Assembly (NCBI GenBank): GCA_963169695.1 | Contig: CAUJDS010000011.1 | Coordinates: 121,499 to 185,498, forward strand | Direction: 5' to 3' | Source of the DNA: Bdellovibrionota bacterium | GTDB taxonomy: Bacteria; Bdellovibrionota; UBA1018; CAUJDS01 | DNA length: 64,000 bases | Part shown: in pieces, positions 9,420 through 16,946 of the stretch | Layout: the number at the start of each line of letters is the position of its first letter | How positions within the stretch are numbered: the first letter of the stretch is position 1 | Notes under the pieces: generated by a model | What the model was told of the DNA's origin: nothing | The model's input: only the letters and a program-made list of their open reading frames with translations | Database searches by the model: none | Translations under genes and position numbers: made by a program

Positions 9420-10595
9420 CTAAGAAAACCCTGCGACCAGGGCTTCTTCGAAATCTCGTAGGGGAAGTATTTCGATTCCTTCAGCAGTCATTTGCTTTGA
9501 GTCTCCTGAGTATACAAGCACTCTTTTTTTTACGCCCTTCAATGCAGCAATGGATTGAAGACCCCTGAGGTGTTCCGGTCGAATCTTCTTGGATGCCTTT
9601 ACTTCAATGGCAAAGAGGTCTCTCCCAGACTTAAGAAGAAAATCAACTTCGGTCTGCCCTTTGGAAGGTGCCCAGTAAAACACCTCGTCGTAACGACGAG
9701 CATTCTCGATTTCGTTTCGGATCATCGCAAATACAAATCCTTCCAAAAGACTCCCTCGCTCTTCGGGCGCGAGAGTTCCATAGACCCCCTTTGCAGCCCG
9801 AACAATTCCCGGATCGACCCAGTAAAGCTTCGGTTTCTTTTTTTCTCGAACAGTAATCTTGGCCTGGTACGGTTGAAGCCTTTTTATGAGGAGAGTATCT
9901 TCAAGAATCTGCAGGTATCCTTCGACGGTCTTTCTTTCAATTTCGACATCTCGTGCGAGACTGGACACATTGACTACTTGTCCATGGTACAGCGCGGCCA
10001 CAGGAACACTCCTCGCAAAACCAGCCAAGTTTCTGACCAACGCTTCCGCTTGAATTTCCTCGCGGATATAAAGCTGGACATAATCCTTGAGAGCCTCGTC
10101 TCTATTTTCTTGATCCCATACCAAAGGAATACTTCCCCACCGAAGAACGCTATCAAGATCGAAGTCAGATCCTAGCTCTCTTGGCAAAAGTGGCAGCATA
10201 GAACGCAACTTAGCCCTGCCTGCAAGAAGATTCACTCCAGCACGATTAAGCTTTCTGGCACTTGAGCCCGTGAGAGCAAACCTCAATCCACCGTCTTCAA
10301 TTCCTCGATGAACCTCGTTCAGCAAATTGGGTAGACGCTGTACTTCATCCACCACTACCCAAGAACCCGGTTTGAGATGTCGGATTCGATTTCTAAATGC
10401 CTCGGGGTCTACCAGGAGGTTCTGGTAGAGTCCTTCGTCCAAAAAGTTGAACCAATGTGCCTGAGAGAAGTGCTCTTTTAACCAGGTGCTCTTCCCCGTT
10501 CCCCTTGCACCAAAGAGGAAGAAGGAACCTTCTGGAGGCAAAATCGTTCGTGAGTACATCACTTCCATTATTAGTCGCATTTTGGAACTATACAA
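9420..10595 (-). CDS. COG1373-family AAA+ ATPase (AAA_14 + DUF4143 architecture), paralog A
   Basis: Walker A 'FLFGARGTGKST' and Walker B 'WVVVDEVQRL'. The conserved 'LTGSSARKL..AGVNLLAGRA' block is typical of COG1373 ATPases. Protein identity to the ORF at 13909..15060 is about 55-60%. Confidence 0.85.
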   Translation of the reverse strand: MYSSKMRLIMEVMYSRTILPPEGSFFLFGARGTGKSTWLKEHFSQAHWFNFLDEGLYQNLLVDPEAFRNRIRHLKPGSWVVVDEVQRLPNLLNEVHRGIEDGGLRFALTGSSARKLNRAGVNLLAGRAKLRSMLPLLPRELGSDFDLDSVLRWGSIPLVWDQENRDEALKDYVQLYIREEIQAEALVRNLAGFARSVPVAALYHGQVVNVSSLARDVEIERKTVEGYLQILEDTLLIKRLQPYQAKITVREKKKPKLYWVDPGIVRAAKGVYGTLAPEERGSLLEGFVFAMIRNEIENARRYDEVFYWAPSKGQTEVDFLLKSGRDLFAIEVKASKKIRPEHLRGLQSIAALKGVKKRVLVYSGDSKQMTAEGIEILPLRDFEEALVAGFS

Positions 10596-10612
10596 CTCAA
10601 AAAGATCAAGGG

Positions 10613-10633
10613 CCCTGGTAAGTCCATGCTTTC
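10613..10633 (+). repeat. Degenerate copy of the 21-bp island motif (ccctggtaagtccatgc)
   Basis: 'ggtaagtccatgc' compared with the consensus 'agtaagtccgtac' matches at 11 of 13 positions. It lies 20-40 bp upstream of the ATPase A start codon. Confidence 0.3.
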
Positions 10634-10721
10634 ACTTAAGAGATTGACCTAATGCGTTAACCATTGTACCCAAGGGACAACTTTTGACTTTTTTGTCGCG
10701 TTTGCAAACGGAGGCCGTGAC

Positions 10722-11246
10722 GTGTTGAATTTTAGGAAACTCTGGGACTCGCACCCCTACCAAACTAGCGTAAACGATCCCTGCAGCAGCAATGGCAAGC
10801 CCAACTATTCAGATCAATGCGCGATCCGAATTGGAGCCACGCTCGCAAAATGCGGAGTAAAGTCCAATGCTCTGTCAGGCACCAGGCATTGCTGGTTTCA
10901 CAGTTCATCCGAAGGTCACATACTTTCTGCAGAGGAACTAGCGGGAGCACTAGAAAGGACCAGATTGCCTGGGTCTCAAAACATACGCAAGATACATCCA
11001 GATCTTTTTAAGAAGGAATTGATTGGAAAAACGGGAATCATTTTTTTTAAGGACTATTGGCAACGCACCTCAGGCAATTCCAAAGAAAGTTTCCGAAATC
11101 GATCCGGCGATCACATTGATCTATGGAATGGCTATCGCTTGGCCCACATGCGATCTATCGTTCAGCTGTATCTTAGAATCGGGTCTATCGGACTTGGTTC
11201 AGATCACTCTCAAAGCAAAGAAATCTGGTTTTGGGAGGTCCCATGA
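10722..11246 (+). CDS. Tae4-family (type VI amidase effector 4-like, papain-fold) peptidoglycan amidase toxin
   Basis: 'DQCAIRIGATLAKCG' compares with Tae4 'NACPIRMSYVLN', which carries the catalytic Cys. 'IGKTGIIFFKDYW......SGDHIDLWNGYRLAH' compares with Tae4 'IGKKGIIVVKGHGWSNARGHVTLWNGSICSD', which carries the catalytic His. The product is 174 aa with no signal peptide. Confidence 0.6.
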   Translation: MLNFRKLWDSHPYQTSVNDPCSSNGKPNYSDQCAIRIGATLAKCGVKSNALSGTRHCWFHSSSEGHILSAEELAGALERTRLPGSQNIRKIHPDLFKKELIGKTGIIFFKDYWQRTSGNSKESFRNRSGDHIDLWNGYRLAHMRSIVQLYLRIGSIGLGSDHSQSKEIWFWEVP

Positions 11247-11452
11247 AAACCATCTCCACCGTGATCGGCGCACTCAGTGGAGGGGTTCTTTCGTTTCTCT
11301 GCTTTTCGCTCATTTCATGGTGGCAAATGCGTCAGCTAGGTTACGAGCCGCGAGTATCGGATCAGCTCATTGACACCTTTCTTCTTTGTACGCCATTTTT
11401 GATGATGTTCACTGGATGGCTTGGCTATCGCCGAGCTAGAAAATCAGTTTAG
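11231..11452 (+). CDS. Small two-TM membrane protein, candidate cognate immunity protein of the Tae4-like toxin
   Basis: The ORF overlaps the toxin stop codon, with Met codons at 11231 and 11243. It has two hydrophobic helices: 'TVIGALSGGVLSFLCFSLISWW' and 'TFLLCTPFLMMFTGWLGY'. A 5'-truncated duplicate of its 3' end lies 186 bp downstream. Confidence 0.4.
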   Translation: MGGPMKTISTVIGALSGGVLSFLCFSLISWWQMRQLGYEPRVSDQLIDTFLLCTPFLMMFTGWLGYRRARKSV

Positions 11453-11500
11453 GCACCGGAGCTAGCTTCAACTTGCCAGTACAACATTTTGATGCGACGA

Positions 11501-11521
11501 GTCCCAGAAGTAAGTCCGTAC
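11501..11521 (+). repeat. 21-bp island motif copy (gtcccagaagtaagtccgtac)
   Basis: Close match to the consensus GTCCCATAAGTAAGTCCGTAC. It sits between the two tandem copies of the immunity-gene 3' end. Confidence 0.6.
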
Positions 11522-11533
11522 CATCCCCGCTAA

Positions 11534-11626
11534 CCGCGAGTATCAGATCAGCTCATTGACACCTTTCTTCTTTTTACTCCATTTTCGATGACGTTCACTG
11601 GATGGCTTGGCTATCGCCGAGCTAGG
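11534..11626 (+). repeat. Tandem duplicate (~93 nt, ~93% identical) of the 3' end of the 11231..11452 gene (copy A at ~11348-11440); an orphan immunity-gene fragment
   Basis: Copy B keeps the reading frame and encodes PRVSDQLIDTFLLFTPFSMTFTGWLGYRRARK*, against PRVSDQLIDTFLLCTPFLMMFTGWLGYRRARKSV* in the intact gene. An in-frame TAA lies just upstream. No start codon is present. Confidence 0.7.
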
Positions 11627-11935
11627 AAGTAAATCGTCTGCCCAAGTACGAACTTTCATCAGAGGTATTTTGCATCGCTACCTCAGTGGAGATCTTTTGG
11701 ACCCGCAGGCAGCAGATTTAGCAAAAATTAGAAAGTGGGCATAGATGTGAGTACTTCATCAATTTCTCACTTAGGACAGACAGCATAGGCTGAGATATTG
11801 GGCACCTGTTGAACTCATCTAACGGAACGAACAAAGGAAAGCGAGAATTTGCTTGGTTTTTTGGGGAATCAGAATCAAAGTGATTCTGAGAAGTTTCGCT
11901 ACACTGCACTAGAAAAAATTTTTTTATGGAATTGA

Positions 11936-13354
11936 ATGGATAAGTCTAAGAGCGAGGGACATCTTAAGCCGACCTGCATTTTCCCATTTTTAGGGACACT
12001 CCTCCTCTTCTCGTGTACACATCCAGGTAAGGTTTCCACGGAAAGGGATGATGCTTTTCCGCTTCACGATTCACCAGCAGACTATCAGTCCCCTTCCGAA
12101 AGCCTTCGCCTGTATTTTGAAACAATTGAAAAGGCCAACCTTCTTTCCAAGGCAAAGAAGAACCGTTTAAGTTCCGAGGAGCAAAGGTTCTTGAGTGCTG
12201 CAGCTTTTCTTCTGCAAGAGCAGTTAAAACTCGAATCGCAACTCAAACAGAAAAAAGAGATCGAAATTCTTCCCGGTCGCTCCTATTCGTTTGCACTGGA
12301 GTCATTCTGTGTCAATTCTGGAAAGGAGCGGCCGATACCAGGTGATGGATTCCGACTTGGTTCCCTAAAAGGAGCATCTGAGGAATGGTTGCCACTGATA
12401 CTTGATGGATATTTCGACAAAAAAATTCCGCAAGAGCGGATTCAGATTCTGATTTGGGCGCTTTTGTCCGACTCTCGATTTGATGAACTAACGCCGACAC
12501 AGCAAGCTGACCTTCTAAGACTTGTCCCAAATGCGAGAATGCGATTCGGAAACCGGCGACTTAAAAACGCTGCAAAAAGTATTCTAGATGATCTACTGCC
12601 AGATGAAGTCAGGGATCTGCAAAGTCGTTTTGAAAACCACCGCTTGATTCTGCGTGATGTATCCCAAACCTATAAGGAAATCTCTGAATTACTGGCGCCC
12701 ATTCCGACCCGAAATCAATCAATTGAGCAAGGGTGGATAAAGGTTCATTTGGGCTATTTGGCTCGAGTGAGCTCAATTACCGGATACTCTTCCGTGAGAC
12801 TCGAAATCTTTATGCCTCTAGGTGTGGATCCGCTCCTTCGTCCTTCTAAATACATCGCACTACCCGGCTCGGGGCAGCGATTAGCACTGAGCGCCAATGT
12901 AATTCCATTTTGGCATGCTCCTTATCGAGAGATCACCGATAGGCTGGCAAACTTGGGGGCGGGGCGTGAACTATCCAAGGCCGAACAAGACCTGATCCGA
13001 AAGTATCCCCTCGATGCGTACAAAGCTTACTCCAATTCTCTTACGGCGACTGAAAGTGCGCTAAAACACTTTCCTCAATTTCCAATCCCTCACAATAATC
13101 CAGCCGATGCTTTTCGCCATTTTGTCTGGGCTGCACTGAATACAAAGGATTTGGGCGCTTCTCGAGCGCGAGAATTTTTAGAAGCCCATGAAGATCGGCC
13201 CAACCAACCTAAAGGCGAGGCCGAAATCGATCGCTGGAATAACGAAAAAGGAATTGAAACGGCTGAAATACTCGGATCCCTTGCGACATTAACCGATTTC
13301 GAGAAAGCAGGTCTTGATGCACTTCAAAAGCAAGAACTTAGGACCTTGCGATGA
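11936..13354 (+). CDS. Lipoprotein with a conserved C-terminal domain (candidate secreted effector/toxin), function unknown
   Basis: The lipobox 'LLLFSC' follows a hydrophobic N-terminus. The C-terminal block 'NNPADAFRHFVWAALNTKDLGASRAREFLEAHEDRPNQPKGEAEIDRWNNEKG' looks like a conserved catalytic-type module. Its stop overlaps the start of the next gene (ATGA). Confidence 0.5.
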   Translation: MDKSKSEGHLKPTCIFPFLGTLLLFSCTHPGKVSTERDDAFPLHDSPADYQSPSESLRLYFETIEKANLLSKAKKNRLSSEEQRFLSAAAFLLQEQLKLESQLKQKKEIEILPGRSYSFALESFCVNSGKERPIPGDGFRLGSLKGASEEWLPLILDGYFDKKIPQERIQILIWALLSDSRFDELTPTQQADLLRLVPNARMRFGNRRLKNAAKSILDDLLPDEVRDLQSRFENHRLILRDVSQTYKEISELLAPIPTRNQSIEQGWIKVHLGYLARVSSITGYSSVRLEIFMPLGVDPLLRPSKYIALPGSGQRLALSANVIPFWHAPYREITDRLANLGAGRELSKAEQDLIRKYPLDAYKAYSNSLTATESALKHFPQFPIPHNNPADAFRHFVWAALNTKDLGASRAREFLEAHEDRPNQPKGEAEIDRWNNEKGIETAEILGSLATLTDFEKAGLDALQKQELRTLR

Positions 13355-13818
13355 AAGTTTTTCGGAGTTTTCTAACATTCTCAAAGAAAGCTCTGCTGGT
13401 ATACTTGGTTCTCTGTGTTTTTATGTTCTTTTTTTCAAAAACGGATACCTGTTTTTATTTGCTTCAGAAAATAGTTTACGGTCATGAGTTTCTTACCGCA
13501 GCTCAAGCCGAAAAAAAATGGGGCCGAATGCTATTTGATGCAACAAAATTTCGAACGAATCAAAATCGAAAGGAAATGGTAGCAGACATTATTCGCAGCC
13601 AAATTCTTATTGGGCTCACCTATGACGAAGTGAAAACCCTATTGGGAAATAGTGGAGGGGGCTATTATATCTCTGACGAAGTCCTCACATACCATGTATT
13701 TGTGGCTCACAATTCAAGGCGGGATGTGACTGAAGCTTATAGTCTCCTAGTTTTGACAAGCGACAATTCCGACCTGCGGAGTCGAGTAGATAGAGTTTAT
13801 CTTTGGAAAGACCGTTAA
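13351..13818 (+). CDS. Small membrane-anchored protein, candidate immunity/partner of the upstream lipoprotein
   Basis: The 155-aa ORF is translationally coupled by an ATGA overlap. It has an N-terminal TM segment 'ALLVYLVLCVFMFFF' followed by a soluble domain. Confidence 0.4.
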   Translation: MKVFRSFLTFSKKALLVYLVLCVFMFFFSKTDTCFYLLQKIVYGHEFLTAAQAEKKWGRMLFDATKFRTNQNRKEMVADIIRSQILIGLTYDEVKTLLGNSGGGYYISDEVLTYHVFVAHNSRRDVTEAYSLLVLTSDNSDLRSRVDRVYLWKDR

Positions 13819-13830
13819 CGATATGAGAAA

Positions 13831-13904
13831 CCGTACGGAGCTACTTCCTTATGGGACTTGGCGCATTACGATTGACGTAACCACTTACATAAGTAAGTCG
13901 TACC
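13831..13904. terminator. Inverted pair of the island motif forming an imperfect hairpin between convergent genes; candidate bidirectional terminator or recombination site
   Basis: 13831-13857 'ccgtacggagctacttccttatgggac' is the motif in reverse complement. 13884-13904 'cttacataagtaagtcgtacc' is in the direct orientation. The pair lies between the stop at 13818 on the + strand and the stop at 13909 on the - strand. Confidence 0.45.
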
Positions 13905-13908
13905 TTTT

Positions 13909-15060
13909 TCAAACCAATCCCGTTTTCAGTTCATCCGAAAATTGCTGAAATCCCATAACTTCAATCCCATCGCTCGTCTCTTGATGCTCGACTGAGGGAT
14001 AGACAAGAATCCGGCGCTTTAACTTTGGAAGATCCCCAATAGACTTCAGACCAGCAAGGTCATCCTTGCGAAGGCGCTCACCGGACTTGACTTCCACTGC
14101 AGCAAACTTTGAATGGGCTTTCACAATAAAATCTACTTCCAGATCCGGCGTACCCCAATAGGATATTTCGTCTATCGTCCCTTGATAATACTGAGCGGAT
14201 CGCAGTAGCATAAAAACAAGTCCCTCAAAAAGCGGGCCCCTTTCCGTAGCAACCAAGGGACCCCAGTCCTCCCGAATGGCACGTACCAAACCCGGATCTA
14301 CCCAATAAAACTTTGGATGCCTCCTCTCTTTCACTCTTAGGCCAGACTCAAAGGGGTACAGGAGCTTTCCTAAAAGGGTGTCTTCTAAAATAGAAAAATA
14401 ATTTTCTACCGTCGGGCGTTTCACAGCTGCATCACGCGCCACAGAAGACAAACTGAGCGTCTGCCCATGAAGGAGAGCACTCACCTTCAAAAATCTCAGA
14501 AAGCTTGGAAGATCCTTAACAAGTGCTTCGGTTTGGATTTCGTCTCGGATATAAGTTTGAACATAGGCTTTGAGTCGCTCTTTCTTGTCCTCAGAGGCAA
14601 ATACAATCGGCAAGGAGCCAAATCTAAGGATCTGGTCAAGATCAAAGTCCTTCCCCAATTCTTCGGGCACAAAGGGAAACATCAGTTTGGACAATGCTCT
14701 ACCTGCAAGCAGATTGACCCCGGCACGCTTCATTTTGCGCGCACTCGATCCAGAGAGCGCAAACTTCAATTGCTTGTTCTCGATCCCCCAATGAACTTCA
14801 TTCAGCAAGGAAGGAAGCCGTTGAACTTCATCGATCCAAACCCAGTCTCCTGCCTTCAGAACTTGAATCTTAGAACGAAATAATCCAGGTTCACTCGCAT
14901 AGCGTATGAATAACTCCTGTGAAAGCAGGTCCACATGCAGAGCGGGGCGTAGGTGTTCTTTGAGGAACGATGTCTTCCCGGACCCTCGTGGACCAAAAAG
15001 AAAAAAGCTCGTATTTGGGAGCTCAAAAAGTCTTCCGTACATGAAATCTATTTTATCCAC
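13909..15060 (-). CDS. COG1373-family AAA+ ATPase (AAA_14 + DUF4143), paralog B
   Basis: Walker A 'FLFGPRGSGKTS', Walker B 'WVWIDEVQRL' and the 'LSGSSARKMKRAGVNLLAGRA' block are present. It is collinear with the 9420..10595 product along its whole length. Confidence 0.85.
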   Translation of the reverse strand: MDKIDFMYGRLFELPNTSFFLFGPRGSGKTSFLKEHLRPALHVDLLSQELFIRYASEPGLFRSKIQVLKAGDWVWIDEVQRLPSLLNEVHWGIENKQLKFALSGSSARKMKRAGVNLLAGRALSKLMFPFVPEELGKDFDLDQILRFGSLPIVFASEDKKERLKAYVQTYIRDEIQTEALVKDLPSFLRFLKVSALLHGQTLSLSSVARDAAVKRPTVENYFSILEDTLLGKLLYPFESGLRVKERRHPKFYWVDPGLVRAIREDWGPLVATERGPLFEGLVFMLLRSAQYYQGTIDEISYWGTPDLEVDFIVKAHSKFAAVEVKSGERLRKDDLAGLKSIGDLPKLKRRILVYPSVEHQETSDGIEVMGFQQFSDELKTGLV

Positions 15061-15192
15061 ACCACATTAAAAACGACAGTCTTTTTTCATGTGACGTGAG
15101 CTTAATTTTTAGTCTGCAATTACAATTAGTTACGAGTTTTATTCGGGTATGGAGTTACATCCGGGATAGGTCGAGTCCGAATAACGCAGCCA

Positions 15193-15214
15193 GTCCCATA
15201 AGTAAGTCCGTACC
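15193..15214 (+). repeat. 21-bp island motif copy (gtcccataagtaagtccgtacc)
   Basis: Exact consensus copy. It lies 133 bp upstream of the ATPase B start and just 3' of the 15231..15851 gene, next to the inverted repeat ttattcgg/ccgaataa at 15141-15183. Confidence 0.6.
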
Positions 15215-15230
15215 TGGCTCGAAATAAAAC

Positions 15231-15851
15231 TTATTTATTTAGAGCGTCCTCATGGTAGCCATGTTTTCTAAAATAATCTTTAAAACAAAGTGCACTGATT
15301 CTTAATGTGTACTTTCCTCTACTTTCAGTGTGAGGAAGTGGATTTTTTCCATTGATGTTAGTCCAACTTTGATCGCGTCTCATTTCATAAACAAATTCCG
15401 CTTCGCTCAGATAATTTCGACCGAGAGCAAGATATTTGTAAGCAAAAGGAACGTCTTTCATTTCAACTTTTCCATCTCGATCAACAATCGGAAGAGACAA
15501 CCAAATCCCTCTATTAGGTCGATCAGTTGGAATGGAAAACGGGATACCCGCTTTTCCTAAATTGGTACTGAAAACCATTTTTCGCTCTTCTTTGACTTCA
15601 GCGTCTCCAAGCTTTGTAACGATGTCACCTCGACTTGCCGTAATGGAGACAACTTCAAGCCCACCTTCTTGCTTGTTCTCATGAAGACTGTAGATAGCCT
15701 CAAAGTTTTCGCCATTAGGATATAGATATCTCAGTCCTTCGTAATAGGTCGACCTCGCAAGAGTGGCTTTTCCGCAGGTAGCAGCAATAGAAAACGATGC
15801 AAAAACCGCCGATATCACAGAAAAAGATGCGAAGAGTTTAAAGGAATTCAT
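15231..15851 (-). CDS. Secreted/lipoprotein of unknown function
   Basis: A start at the internal Met gives the signal peptide 'MNSFKLFASFSVISAVFASFSIAATC'. The product is about 206 aa. Confidence 0.5.
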   Translation of the reverse strand: MNSFKLFASFSVISAVFASFSIAATCGKATLARSTYYEGLRYLYPNGENFEAIYSLHENKQEGGLEVVSITASRGDIVTKLGDAEVKEERKMVFSTNLGKAGIPFSIPTDRPNRGIWLSLPIVDRDGKVEMKDVPFAYKYLALGRNYLSEAEFVYEMRRDQSWTNINGKNPLPHTESRGKYTLRISALCFKDYFRKHGYHEDALNK

Positions 15852-16065
15852 GCTTCTTAGCCTCCAAGGTTCTAACATTTTGATAGAGCTTTATATCAAA
15901 GATTTAATTTAAATACCAGACTGTTTTAGTCATTTTTTTCATCTGTGAAATGCATGCGATTCTGATGATTTATGAGCTCCCAACAAAATCGTTCTCCTGG
16001 CCAAGCGTAGTTTTTGGGTAGCTGCCCGTAAAAGCTCTCTCTTTAGAGCAGGCTAAACTGATTGG

Positions 16066-16086
16066 TCCCATAAGTAAGTCCGTACT
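16066..16086 (+). repeat. 21-bp island motif copy (gtcccataagtaagtccgtac)
   Basis: Exact consensus copy. It lies between the start of the 15231..15851 gene and the 3' end of the GT2 gene. Confidence 0.6.
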
Positions 16087-16088
16087 TC

Positions 16089-16892
16089 CTAAAACCCGCG
16101 AGTCACCCGCTTATGCCAACTAGAAAAAAGAGGGCCTAGCAGGGGCGTGCCGCGTATCACTCGCTCCACCGGGGGGCGAGTGGTTTGGTAGCCAAGCCAG
16201 AAAAGACGCGAGCTCCAACCGCCGATTCCGTTTTTCTTTTTGGCGCGATAGCACTCAAGCGCTTCTTTCTTTCCGCGACTCGTGTCACTCACGCCGCCCG
16301 TACTCATCGTCGTCACCACTCGTGGAAAGTAATGATAGCGAGATTGGCCATATCCCCTTAGGTGCATTTCGTAGTCCATCGCGATCTTAAAGCTTGGGTC
16401 AAAGTCACCGTACTTTTCGAAGTAGGTGCGTCTCGTAAAAGTCGCTGGATGCGGGACGGTCATCCTCTGCCAGAGGTACTTCCACGCACGTTCATTGCCA
16501 ATGGTCATGACGGGTTGATCGGTATCACGATCAGCAATTACGACACGACCATAGGCTATATCGGCGTCATCTCGGAGTTCGGACAGGACCTCTTGAAGTA
16601 CGTTATCGTCCGCCAAACGATCGTCCGAATTGAGAAACAGAATCCAATCTCCCGTCGCACGTCGCACGCCCTTACTAAAGGCGTCCGAAATGCCCTTATC
16701 CGCCTCTGAAATCCACTTGGCGTGCGGGAAATTTTTTACGAGATCGATGGTTGCATCCTTGGAACCGCCATCAATTACCCAATGCTCAATAAGCTTCGGA
16801 TCACAGTTCTGAGCCACAACGCTTTCCAGAGTTCGAGCGATGGTCTTCTCAGAGTTCCAAGCGATAGTGATGATGCTCAATCGAGGATTCAT
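16089..16892 (-). CDS. Family 2 glycosyltransferase
   Basis: 'LSIITIAWNSEKTIARTLESVVAQ', 'HWVIDGGSKDAT' and 'ILFLNSDDRLADDNVL' match the GT2 DXD-type organisation. Confidence 0.85.
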   Translation of the reverse strand: MNPRLSIITIAWNSEKTIARTLESVVAQNCDPKLIEHWVIDGGSKDATIDLVKNFPHAKWISEADKGISDAFSKGVRRATGDWILFLNSDDRLADDNVLQEVLSELRDDADIAYGRVVIADRDTDQPVMTIGNERAWKYLWQRMTVPHPATFTRRTYFEKYGDFDPSFKIAMDYEMHLRGYGQSRYHYFPRVVTTMSTGGVSDTSRGKKEALECYRAKKKNGIGGWSSRLFWLGYQTTRPPVERVIRGTPLLGPLFSSWHKRVTRGF

Positions 16893-16946
16893 TGGGAACT
16901 AGCCTACCCAAAGCTCGCAAGGATCGCCAACTCCAATTTCTAATGC

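Noticed and set aside
11510-11516. GTAAGT hexamer inside the island motif, which is the eukaryotic 5' splice-donor consensus
   Set aside because: Coincidental. There are no group II intron domains, no ORF for a maturase, and no branch-point or domain V structure nearby.
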